Positions 17,448-25,376 of a stretch of 25,376 nucleotides of DNA are shown piece by piece. Within the stretch, counting starts at the first letter, position 1. The number at the start of each line of letters is the position of its first letter. Source of the DNA: a bacterium (GTDB taxonomy: Bacteria > JAHJDO01); contig JBDRTG010000001.1 of assembly GCA_043824255.1 (NCBI GenBank), positions 1 to 25,376 of the forward strand. The letters are read 5' to 3'. A program made the translations under genes and the position numbers. The notes beneath the pieces are model-generated. The model did no database searches. It saw only the letters and a program-made list of their open reading frames with translations, and was not told where the DNA came from.

Positions 17448-18683
17448 ATGTTGCAAATGGCAAAATTTACACAAGAGGATTGTTTGATGCCCTTTGAGAT
17501 ACCAGGGCTCAAGTTCAGAAACCAGTTTATTGTCGCTTCAGGTCCAACTACTAAACATATAAGTCAAATTATTGAAGCTGAACGCTGTGGCTGGGGCGCT
17601 GCTAGTCTGAAGCTTGCTATAGAACCTGCTCCTTATATCAATCGCAAGCCAAGATACAAATTCTGGAAGAAGGAGGGCTATCTTGCATTTTCTGCTGAGA
17701 CCAGACTAATTCCTGAGCAGATGCTAAAACTTCTTGATCAATCCCGCAAAAAGACAAGAGAGATTAAACTTATTGCCAATATCGCCTATGTTGGTAATAA
17801 GGGTATGGCGGGTTGGGTTAAGATGGCAAAGAAATGTGTTGATGCTGGTGCTCATGCTATTGAGCTTAATATGTGCTGCCCAAATATGTCATTTAATTTA
17901 GAGGTCTCAGGCGAGGATAATCATACACTACAAAGCGGTGCCAGTCTTGGACAAAATGCAGAGATTGTTGGTGCCGCGACTAGAATTATCTCAGAAGCTG
18001 TTGATGTGCCAATAGTTGTAAAACTGACACCTGAAGGAGGTAATATTGGTCAGGTAGCCAGGGCCTGTTTTGAAAATGGCGCCCGTGTTGTTGGCACTAC
18101 TGCTAATCGTCTGGCTATTCCTGAATTTGATATTGCTAATCCGGCTAAAGGACCATATAGATTGCAGCATGAGCCATCAATGTCATGTTTCTCTGGTGAG
18201 TGGATAAAACCCTTGTCCAGACGTGATGTTTTTGAAATGCGAAAAGCTTGTGGATCCGAAGCGATTATTCTTGGCACAGGCGGAATCTGTGATTATGTTA
18301 GTGCTGTTCAGATGATGATGTGCGGTGCTGATATGATTGGCATCTGCACTGAAACAATGAAACGCGGTTTTGATTTTTTGCCTGATCTTATTAAGAATAT
18401 CAAGAAATTCATGGCTGAGCATGGCTATAAGTCTTACAGGGGTTTTCGTGATAAGGAGGTTGAGGCAATTTATACAGCTGATAAACTTACATTGGATGAT
18501 GCGTATGCTCAGGTTGATCCTGAGTTGTGTACAGGCTGCGGCAGATGCATGAAAATAGGTCATTGCTATGCTATCTCAATAGTTGATAAAAAAGCTGTTG
18601 TGAATCCCGAGGATTGCACAGGATGTTCCACATGCATGGACTTCTGTCCAGCTAATGCAATTTCTTTTGTAAATAAAAGATGA
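17448..18683 (+). CDS. Dihydropyrimidine dehydrogenase PreA-like / dihydroorotate dehydrogenase-family flavoprotein with C-terminal 2x[4Fe-4S]
   Basis: 'FRNQFIVASGP', 'ELNMCCPN', 'PIVVKLTP', 'GTGGI', C-terminal CTGCGRC and CTGCSTCMDFCP. Exact start uncertain (17448/17457/17487). Confidence 0.85.
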   Translation: MLQMAKFTQEDCLMPFEIPGLKFRNQFIVASGPTTKHISQIIEAERCGWGAASLKLAIEPAPYINRKPRYKFWKKEGYLAFSAETRLIPEQMLKLLDQSRKKTREIKLIANIAYVGNKGMAGWVKMAKKCVDAGAHAIELNMCCPNMSFNLEVSGEDNHTLQSGASLGQNAEIVGAATRIISEAVDVPIVVKLTPEGGNIGQVARACFENGARVVGTTANRLAIPEFDIANPAKGPYRLQHEPSMSCFSGEWIKPLSRRDVFEMRKACGSEAIILGTGGICDYVSAVQMMMCGADMIGICTETMKRGFDFLPDLIKNIKKFMAEHGYKSYRGFRDKEVEAIYTADKLTLDDAYAQVDPELCTGCGRCMKIGHCYAISIVDKKAVVNPEDCTGCSTCMDFCPANAISFVNKR

Positions 18684-19687
18684 GCAAAAAAGTTCTTGTT
18701 CTAGCAACAAGTTTTCTGGATTCTTTAATCTCTCATCCTGCGAAGGAAGGGCAGGCTAAGAAAATGCTGGATGAATTATCGGAGAATTCAAATGGAGAGA
18801 TTGAAATAATTTATCGCTGCGAAAGAAATCCTGAAGAACCCTTAAAAGTAGAGGAACTTAAAAATATTACTGCGGTAATTGCTGATCTGGAAAAATATGA
18901 CAGGGAATTGTTATCTCAAGTGGGTATAAAAGCAGGAGGTTCTTTAGAATTGATAGCAAGATATGGAATAGGTTATAGCTCAGTGGATGTTAAGGCTGCC
19001 ACTGATTATAGAGTTATAGTTACAAACTGCCCGGGATGTAATGCCCTACCCACTGCAGAATGGACACACTCTACAATTCTTGATGTAGCTGGACGACGAA
19101 TTTCTCATTACAGGACTGCCAGTCAGGGCAAACCCAAAGAGGGGCTTTCTCGTCTGGATATCTCAGGCAAGATTCTGGGAATAATTGGAACTGGGTTGAT
19201 AGGTAAACTAGTGCTCAAATTAATGAATGGATACGAGATGAAGGTTATTGCTTATGATCTCTATCCGGATAAAAACTGGGCAACCCAAAACAATGTTGAA
19301 TATATGGAGCTGAATAAATTATGCCAGACCGCAGATATTATAACCCTGCATGCAGCAGCTAATGAAACTATTATCAGGAAAGAACAGATTGATTTAATGA
19401 AAGATACAACGATTTTAGTGAATTGTGCGCGAGGAATTTTGGTGGATTACAAGGCTGCTTACAATTCAGTCAAAGCAGGAAAAATCTGGGGTTATGGGGT
19501 TGATGAAATATGGCAGGATAAGAGTCTATCTTTAGAAGGGTTGAATATCATTGTCAGCCCACATGTGGGTTCAGATACAGATAAGGGGAAAATCGGTATG
19601 CAAATAATGTCAACCCAGGCAGTGATTGATTTTTTAGAAGGGAAGATACCAAAGCATGTAATTAATAAAGAGGTGCTGCAATTATGA
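18680..19687 (+). CDS. D-isomer-specific 2-hydroxyacid dehydrogenase (SerA-like)
   Basis: 'ARYGIG', 'GIIGTGLIG', 'ITLH', 'VNCARG', 'SPHVG'; ATGA overlap with upstream gene. Confidence 0.9.
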   Translation: MSKKVLVLATSFLDSLISHPAKEGQAKKMLDELSENSNGEIEIIYRCERNPEEPLKVEELKNITAVIADLEKYDRELLSQVGIKAGGSLELIARYGIGYSSVDVKAATDYRVIVTNCPGCNALPTAEWTHSTILDVAGRRISHYRTASQGKPKEGLSRLDISGKILGIIGTGLIGKLVLKLMNGYEMKVIAYDLYPDKNWATQNNVEYMELNKLCQTADIITLHAAANETIIRKEQIDLMKDTTILVNCARGILVDYKAAYNSVKAGKIWGYGVDEIWQDKSLSLEGLNIIVSPHVGSDTDKGKIGMQIMSTQAVIDFLEGKIPKHVINKEVLQL

Positions 19688-21327
19688 ATAAAAAACAAAT
19701 TCTTTTAACAAGAAAAGGACTGGAGAATCCCGGATGGAAGGATACAGGAGTTTGTCTGCCTGAATTTTCCATGGATGATATGTTGAGTAGAACCAAAGTA
19801 TATCCCACATGGATTCATATAGCGCCCGGGAACCTTTATGTAGCAGAGATTGCTCCTATCCAGCAAGCATTACTTGAATCTGGAGAGGCAAGAGAAGGAA
19901 TTATAGGAATAGAGACATGGGATGAGGAGATAGTGGACAGAGTTTATCATCCCAGAGATAACCTTCGAATAAGTATAGCAATGTCTTCAAAAGGAGAAAA
20001 TCAGATAAAGCTTATTGCTTCTACTGCAGATGTGCTGTATGCAGATACTTCCAGACAAGGGCAGTGGAAGAGAACATTAGAATATTTTGCCAAACCTTCT
20101 TTGCAAATGGTTAGTGTTACTTGCACAGAAAAGGGTTATAAAATCCACGATTCTCAGGGAAATGTTTATCCTGTGATATTGGAAGATATAAAGAATGGAC
20201 CAGGAAAAGCTACACATCTCATGAGTAAGATAGCGAGTTTTGCTTATCATCGATATAAGAATGGTAGTACTCCAATAGCATTTATTAGTATGGATAATTG
20301 CTCAAAAAACGGGGAAAAACTATTTGATGCGGTTAGCTTCATTGCTAAAGAATGGATTTATACCAGCAAACTGGTAGAAAAGGAATTTCTAAGATATTTA
20401 GAAAGCGAGAAGGTTTCTTTTCCATGGACCATGATTGATAGAATAACCCCCAGACCATCTTCGGGAAATGTTGAATTGCTTAAAAGCAAGGGAATTGAAA
20501 ACATGGATATCATAAAAACGCGCAAAGGAACATTTGCAGCGCCTTTTGTGAATACTGAGCCCATATCTTACTTAGTGATAGAAGATAATTTTCCCAATCG
20601 AAGACCGCCTCTGGAAAAAGCAGATCAATCCAAAAATAGAGTAATTCTTGTGAATAGTTCTGAAGCAGTAGATAAGTGTGAAAAAATGAAACTTGGAACC
20701 TGCCTTAATCCTATTCATACCACTTTAGCAACTTTTGGCTGTCTCTTAGGATATGATTATATCTTTCAGGAGATGAATGATCCCTTATTGAAAGAGCTGG
20801 TGTATAGACAGGCTTATGAGGAAGGTCTGCCGGTAGTAGATAATCCTGGAGTAATTAATCCTGAGGAATTCCTGAGGCAGGTATTAGAAGAGAGGTTAGT
20901 TAATCCTAATATTCCTGATACTCCTCAGAGAATAGCTACAGATACATCCCAAAAAGTAGGGGTCAGGTATGGAGGCACAATAAAAGCATATGGAAAGAAT
21001 GCCAAAAATTTAAAATATATTCCCTTGGCCATTGCTGGATGGTACCGATATTTACTGGGCATTGACGATAGAGGAAAACCATTTGAATTAAGTCCTGATC
21101 CTTTACTTAAAGAACTTAAAAAATATATAACTGGAATTGAACTGGGAAAACCAGAGACTTTAGGGAATAAGCTAAAACCTGTTCTCTCTAATAAGGAGAT
21201 ATTCAGTTTGGACCTTTACTCTGTTGGCATTGCCCAGAGGGTTGAAGAATATACAAGAAGAATGATAACCGGTATTGGAGCTATTAAAAAGACATTACAA
21301 AGTGTTTTAGGGGAGGAGAGAAAATGA
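19684..21327 (+). CDS. Mannitol dehydrogenase-family protein (fructuronate reductase UxuB-like)
   Basis: 'VTCTEKGY', 'SMDNCSKNG', 'FPWTMIDRITP', 'EKMKL..CLNPIH', 'DTPQRIATDTSQK'. Confidence 0.9.
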   Translation: MNKKQILLTRKGLENPGWKDTGVCLPEFSMDDMLSRTKVYPTWIHIAPGNLYVAEIAPIQQALLESGEAREGIIGIETWDEEIVDRVYHPRDNLRISIAMSSKGENQIKLIASTADVLYADTSRQGQWKRTLEYFAKPSLQMVSVTCTEKGYKIHDSQGNVYPVILEDIKNGPGKATHLMSKIASFAYHRYKNGSTPIAFISMDNCSKNGEKLFDAVSFIAKEWIYTSKLVEKEFLRYLESEKVSFPWTMIDRITPRPSSGNVELLKSKGIENMDIIKTRKGTFAAPFVNTEPISYLVIEDNFPNRRPPLEKADQSKNRVILVNSSEAVDKCEKMKLGTCLNPIHTTLATFGCLLGYDYIFQEMNDPLLKELVYRQAYEEGLPVVDNPGVINPEEFLRQVLEERLVNPNIPDTPQRIATDTSQKVGVRYGGTIKAYGKNAKNLKYIPLAIAGWYRYLLGIDDRGKPFELSPDPLLKELKKYITGIELGKPETLGNKLKPVLSNKEIFSLDLYSVGIAQRVEEYTRRMITGIGAIKKTLQSVLGEERK

Positions 21328-22472
21328 CGGAGAAAATAATTAAGTATACCGAAATTAAATCTGCAGATAGTTGTAAGTATGACGGATTATCGTTAGGAGA
21401 GGTTATGTTAAGATTTGATCCCTATGATGTGCCTACTGCTCAGGCTCGGGAAATGAGAATCTTTCAGGGTGGAGGAGAAACCAATGTTGCTTGTGGTCTA
21501 TCTTATACTTTTGGCTTACGTACCGGAGTATTGACTGCCTTAGTTGATGATGTAATAGGTAAAAATATTGGGAATCAATTTAGAGCAGCGGGAGTGGATA
21601 CCAGCAAAATTATTTGGTTTAATACTGAGAATGATAGTTCCAGATTCTCTACGGATAAAAAGGGTACTTTGATGAATGGAATCAATTTTACTTATACAGG
21701 GAAAGGAGTTATTCCATCCGATACCTGTTATTACAGAGGGCATTCTGCAGTAAGAGAATTGAAAGAAGGTGATTTTAACTGGGATAGGATATTTGGAGAG
21801 GAGGGAGTAAGGGTATTTAATACAGGTGGTATTTATACATTAATTTCACATTCCTCTTCAGGGCTTGCTATAGAGGCAGTGAAAAAAGCAAATGAGTATG
21901 GCACTTTCGTGTCTGCTGATTTGAACTATAGGTCAAAAGTAGAACCAGATAAAAGCAAAGCTCAGCAGATCAATCAGAAAATCGCACCTCTCTTAGGCTT
22001 CTTGGTAGGTAATGATTCTGATCTAAGTGATGCTCTAGGTTACAAGACCCAAGTTGCCAAAAATGCACCTTTTGATGAATGGATAGATGCTTATAAGAAA
22101 ACAATTGCGCAGGTGGCAAAAGATTTTCCAAACTTAAGTTTAATTGGTACTCAATGGCGAGGGGCTACTAACGCTGATCTGATAAGCTGGGCTGCAGTAT
22201 TATACGATGCTTTAGCAGGGAACTTTTATGTATCAGCTCTCAGAAAGGATGTTCCAATCAAGGACCGTACTGGTGGAGGAGATTCTTATGCCTCCGGGGT
22301 TTTAGCTGCATTGTTAAAGGATAAAGACCTACAGACCGCTGTGGAATGGGGGGCATCCCATGGTATGCTGGTCCAAGAAACGCCTGGAGATATTACTATG
22401 ATGGATCAGAAAGCAGTAGAAGCGGAAGTAAAAAGAGTTCTGGCTGGTGGAGGAGTTAAGGCTTCCAGATAA
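21324..22472 (+). CDS. kdgK: PfkB sugar kinase, 2-keto-3-deoxygluconate kinase-like
   Basis: 'SLGEVMLRFDP', 'GGGETNVA', 'DLNYRSK', 'DRTGGGDSY', 'TPGDITM'. Confidence 0.85.
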   Translation: MTEKIIKYTEIKSADSCKYDGLSLGEVMLRFDPYDVPTAQAREMRIFQGGGETNVACGLSYTFGLRTGVLTALVDDVIGKNIGNQFRAAGVDTSKIIWFNTENDSSRFSTDKKGTLMNGINFTYTGKGVIPSDTCYYRGHSAVRELKEGDFNWDRIFGEEGVRVFNTGGIYTLISHSSSGLAIEAVKKANEYGTFVSADLNYRSKVEPDKSKAQQINQKIAPLLGFLVGNDSDLSDALGYKTQVAKNAPFDEWIDAYKKTIAQVAKDFPNLSLIGTQWRGATNADLISWAAVLYDALAGNFYVSALRKDVPIKDRTGGGDSYASGVLAALLKDKDLQTAVEWGASHGMLVQETPGDITMMDQKAVEAEVKRVLAGGGVKASR

Positions 22473-22502
22473 AATCTTAATAATTTTTGAGGAGAATTAA
22501 AA

Positions 22503-23243
22503 ATGTCAGATTATCAAAGAGATAGAATTCGGGTAGATAGAGTTATCCGCAAGAGTGGAATAGTAGTGGTGATGAATAAGAATCATGTTAAGGAACCAGA
22601 ACATATGATTACTACTATGTTGGAGATTTATAAGGCAGGGTATGTAGCCGAGTGTACGTTTCGGATTGAAGAAGCTATCTTAAAAGAAGGAATGCAAGAA
22701 CTGACAAAGAAAAGAGCAGAATGTCCTAAAGATAACCCTTTTATACTTGGAGTTGGAAGTGTAATCAATCCAAAAGAATTAGAATCAGCAATAGACATGG
22801 GATTTGATATGATTGTAGCTCCTGCCAACGTTATGGGAGGTTACGGTGAGGGAAAAGACTTTGTGAAGCTCACCCGGGAAGCAAATGTGTTTTCAGCACC
22901 TGCAATACTTAGCCCTACAGAGTTGCAGTATTTCATCGAAAGAGATGATGAATTGGAACCAGATGCAATTAAGGTTTTCCCTGCAAGTGTTCATGGACCA
23001 AGCGGGATCAAGGCTTTACTTGCTCCTTATGTCAGAGAAAGACATGCTAGTCGAATTATAATGCCTACAGGTGGAGTAGATTATGAAACTGGGCCCAAGT
23101 ATCAAGAAGCGATTCTTTCCAGGGGATATACTCCTGTTCTGGGTATGTCTGCTCCTCTTAAATTAGTGGAAAAGGAAGAAAAGCCAGGAGATGTTGAAAC
23201 AGTCAGAGGATCTTTGGCCCAGTTCAAACAAAAATTCAGCTGA
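22503..23243 (+). CDS. KDPG/KHG aldolase-like (Eda/KdgA family), divergent
   Basis: 'ECTFR', 'LGVGSV', 'SPTE', Schiff-base Lys motif 'KVFPA', 'MPTGGV'; follows the kdgK-like gene. Confidence 0.8.
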   Translation: MSDYQRDRIRVDRVIRKSGIVVVMNKNHVKEPEHMITTMLEIYKAGYVAECTFRIEEAILKEGMQELTKKRAECPKDNPFILGVGSVINPKELESAIDMGFDMIVAPANVMGGYGEGKDFVKLTREANVFSAPAILSPTELQYFIERDDELEPDAIKVFPASVHGPSGIKALLAPYVRERHASRIIMPTGGVDYETGPKYQEAILSRGYTPVLGMSAPLKLVEKEEKPGDVETVRGSLAQFKQKFS

Positions 23244-23277
23244 TTGGCAATAAGTTTGGCACATAGGTTGTAATAAA

Positions 23278-23293
23278 ACTAACTGAATGGTTT
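23278..23293. promoter_or_regulatory. Putative TetR operator
   Basis: AACTAACTGAATGGTT immediately before the TetR ATG; 12/16 identical to AACCAACTATATAGTT at 15361. Confidence 0.4.
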
Positions 23294-23299
23294 GAATAT

Positions 23300-23911
23300 A
23301 TGCAGGAGAGAGTTAAAAGAACGAAATCTAAAATTCTACAGGCTGCACAGCAGGAATTTTCCGATAAAGGGTTTCATGGCGCAAGAATGGATAGTATTGC
23401 AGAAAAAGCAGGGATAAATAAACAACGCATATATGCCTATTTCAAAAATAAGGAGAACCTGTTTTGTGAAGTGCTGAAAGGCTGCTTCCAACTGATAGCG
23501 GACCATGAACGCGTTTTTACGGATCTGCTTGAGAAAGATATTCCTCATCTTGAGGATAGAATACTGCGTTATTATATGTCTTTTCACGAAAAATATCCTC
23601 ATTTCTGGCGGCTTATTGCATGGGAGAATCTGGATGGAGGAAAACGTTCTAATACTATTAGGGGTATTAGAGAGCAACCGTTCAGACATCTGAAAAATTT
23701 ATATCAAAAAGGTCAAAAGCAGGGGATATATAAAAAAGAGGTTTCTTTTGAAGCATTCATATTCCTTTTATCTGCTGTGTCATTTTTCTATTATTCCAAT
23801 CAGAAAACTATGTCTCAAACTCTTAATGTGAATTTATTTAATACAAAAATTCAAGATAAATTAGTTCGGGAAATTTTGCTTCTTTTACATCCACAAAGTG
23901 GAAAGAGCTAG
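23300..23911 (+). CDS. TetR/AcrR-family transcriptional regulator (NicS/RutR-like C-terminus)
   Basis: 'ILQAAQQEFSDKGFHGARMDSIAEKAGINKQRIYAYFKNKENLF'; 'FWRLIAWENL'. Confidence 0.95.
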   Translation: MQERVKRTKSKILQAAQQEFSDKGFHGARMDSIAEKAGINKQRIYAYFKNKENLFCEVLKGCFQLIADHERVFTDLLEKDIPHLEDRILRYYMSFHEKYPHFWRLIAWENLDGGKRSNTIRGIREQPFRHLKNLYQKGQKQGIYKKEVSFEAFIFLLSAVSFFYYSNQKTMSQTLNVNLFNTKIQDKLVREILLLLHPQSGKS

Positions 23912-23913
23912 CT

Positions 23914-24351
23914 ATGGGTAAGCAAGTTGATATAGCAAGTCTTTCAGTTGCACATATTATAGACCGATACGGTGTTAAATTGACGCTGCTGATTGCGTGC
24001 GCAATCTTATGTTTGAGTTTTTTGATCATGGCTCAAAATTCTGTTATTTGGCTGATTATAGCCACATTTCTCATAGGGACAGGTTCTGGTATTGCGCTTC
24101 TTTCGTTCGTTGTTGAGATTCAGAAAGTGGCTAAAGGTCTGCCTGGAAAATTTATATCCTTATACTTCATGTTGAGCGGTATCATGGGTATTGTGGCAAC
24201 AGGTGTTGGCGCTATAGTAGTAGCCACTTCCATAATAGGGATTGGTCCATTGATGGTTATTGGTGGCACGATTGCTGCATCTGGGGGTGTAATAACGTTA
24301 CGATCTCCCGAAGGAAATATACCTATAAAGGCAAAGGATGCATTTTTTTGA
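23914..24351 (+). pseudogene. MFS transporter fragment (about 4 TM segments)
   Basis: Motif A-like 'HIIDRYGVK' followed by hydrophobic helices; 145 aa versus ~400 aa for a full MFS protein. Confidence 0.55.
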
Positions 24352-25198
24352 AACCATGACACAAATTAGAATAGAAAGGATGAAGAAAAAAGTCAATTAT
24401 TACCGGCAACATAATGCAAATCTTCTGGCTGAAGTTCCAGCGGAAGCCTTTAACGGTTGGGGCAAGAAAGAGATAGAGATACCGATAAAAGAGACTGCAT
24501 TTTTAATTATGCATTCATGGAACTACGGGATTTCTCCGAAGTTAGAGTATGGTCCGAATACCAGATTCAAAGGACTCTGGAACGTAGTTGAATATGTCCC
24601 ACGAGCAATTGAGATCACAAAAAGGGTAGTAGGCCCTCTTTTAGAGAAGGTTCGTTCCTCCAAATTAACCATTATTCATGTGGGCAGCTCAGAAAATTAC
24701 TGCAAAAATTATCCCGGTTATCAAAAAGCCAAAGCCTTATCTGGTGACCCTTCGCCAATTTTAGAGGGAGCAGTAAAAAAGAATTGGAGCAAGATAAAAA
24801 CTGTGGAACGGTGTGGCGAAGAGAATCTTCAGAACATCCAGAATGCCCAGAAGTATGTAGATTTTCCTAACATTACCCGGCCACGAGGAAATGAATGGGT
24901 AGTTATCAATAGTCATCAGTTGAATGCTTTATGCCGGCGTCTAAAAATATGGAACTTGATTTATACTGGTTTTGCTATTAACTGGTGTCTTTTTGAGAGC
25001 CCGGCAGGAATGATAGATATGAGTCGACTTGGCTATGGTTGTTCCACCATCAAGGAGGCGGTAACAGCGGTAGAAAATGATTGGACTGCTCGTGAAGAAT
25101 TGTGTAAGAAATTAGCACTTTGGAAAATTGCCATGTCCTATGGTTATGTTATAAATTTAGAAGATTTTCTCAAAGCATTGGAAGGGGAAACTAAATAA
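24338..25198 (+). CDS. Isochorismatase-like cysteine hydrolase family protein
   Basis: 'ETAFLIMHSW', 'LTIIHV', 'LIYTGFAINWCL' (Cys nucleophile position), 'EAVTAVE'. Start may be 24356 or 24380. Confidence 0.75.
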   Translation: MHFFETMTQIRIERMKKKVNYYRQHNANLLAEVPAEAFNGWGKKEIEIPIKETAFLIMHSWNYGISPKLEYGPNTRFKGLWNVVEYVPRAIEITKRVVGPLLEKVRSSKLTIIHVGSSENYCKNYPGYQKAKALSGDPSPILEGAVKKNWSKIKTVERCGEENLQNIQNAQKYVDFPNITRPRGNEWVVINSHQLNALCRRLKIWNLIYTGFAINWCLFESPAGMIDMSRLGYGCSTIKEAVTAVENDWTAREELCKKLALWKIAMSYGYVINLEDFLKALEGETK

Positions 25199-25298
25199 AA
25201 TTTGAAAAAGAGGTGCATAGAACAAAAATGCCAAAAAAGCTAAAAAAGTTAACTTTTGAAAAATAAACTATAACAATTTAAAGAGGGAGGATTAGGAA

Positions 25299-25376
25299 AT
25301 GTTAGATAAAAGAAGGAAAATTTGTGGAAGCAGGAACTCATTCAACTATGATTTTCTGTGCGTGTTTAAAAACCTT
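25299..25376 (+). CDS. Possible start of next gene (partial)
   Basis: GGGAGG RBS 8 nt before ATG 25299; frame open to the window end (26 codons). Confidence 0.35.
   Translation, partial: MLDKRRKICGSRNSFNYDFLCVFKNL

Noticed and set aside
465..24362. Many short antisense or overlapping ORFs in the track
   Set aside because: Shadow frames of well-supported genes, with no recognisable motifs.
25228..25266. Short ORF MPKKLKKLTFEK as a leader peptide
   Set aside because: No attenuator hairpin, poorly spaced RBS, A-rich low-complexity sequence.
1..25376. CRISPR array, tRNA, rRNA, IS or prophage genes
   Set aside because: No regularly spaced repeats, cloverleaf, transposase or phage hallmark seen by eye; covariance-model searches were not run.

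Overview
AT-rich bacterial chromosomal window; taxon not determinable from sequence alone. Minus strand, left part: a partial secreted protein, a LacI regulator and two tandem ~1250-aa exported TPR/jelly-roll/DUF3857-transglutaminase-like paralogues. One keeps a Cys-His-Asp triad, the other has lost it and carries an in-frame palindromic repeat insertion. A NYN-domain gene and hslVU follow, bracketed by two near-identical copies of a divergent promoter module. Then come a beta-sandwich-like hypothetical protein, a DEAD-box helicase and a HI0933-family flavoprotein. The right ~10 kb is a probable TetR-controlled catabolic operon. It combines a strongly deviant carbamoyltransferase-fold protein, a Gfo/Idh/MocA oxidoreductase, a PreA-like flavo-Fe-S enzyme, a 2-hydroxyacid dehydrogenase, UxuB/KdgK/KdgA-like enzymes, an MFS fragment and a cysteine hydrolase. 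No rRNA, tRNA, CRISPR array or transposase was seen. All family calls come from motif recognition by eye, not database searches.
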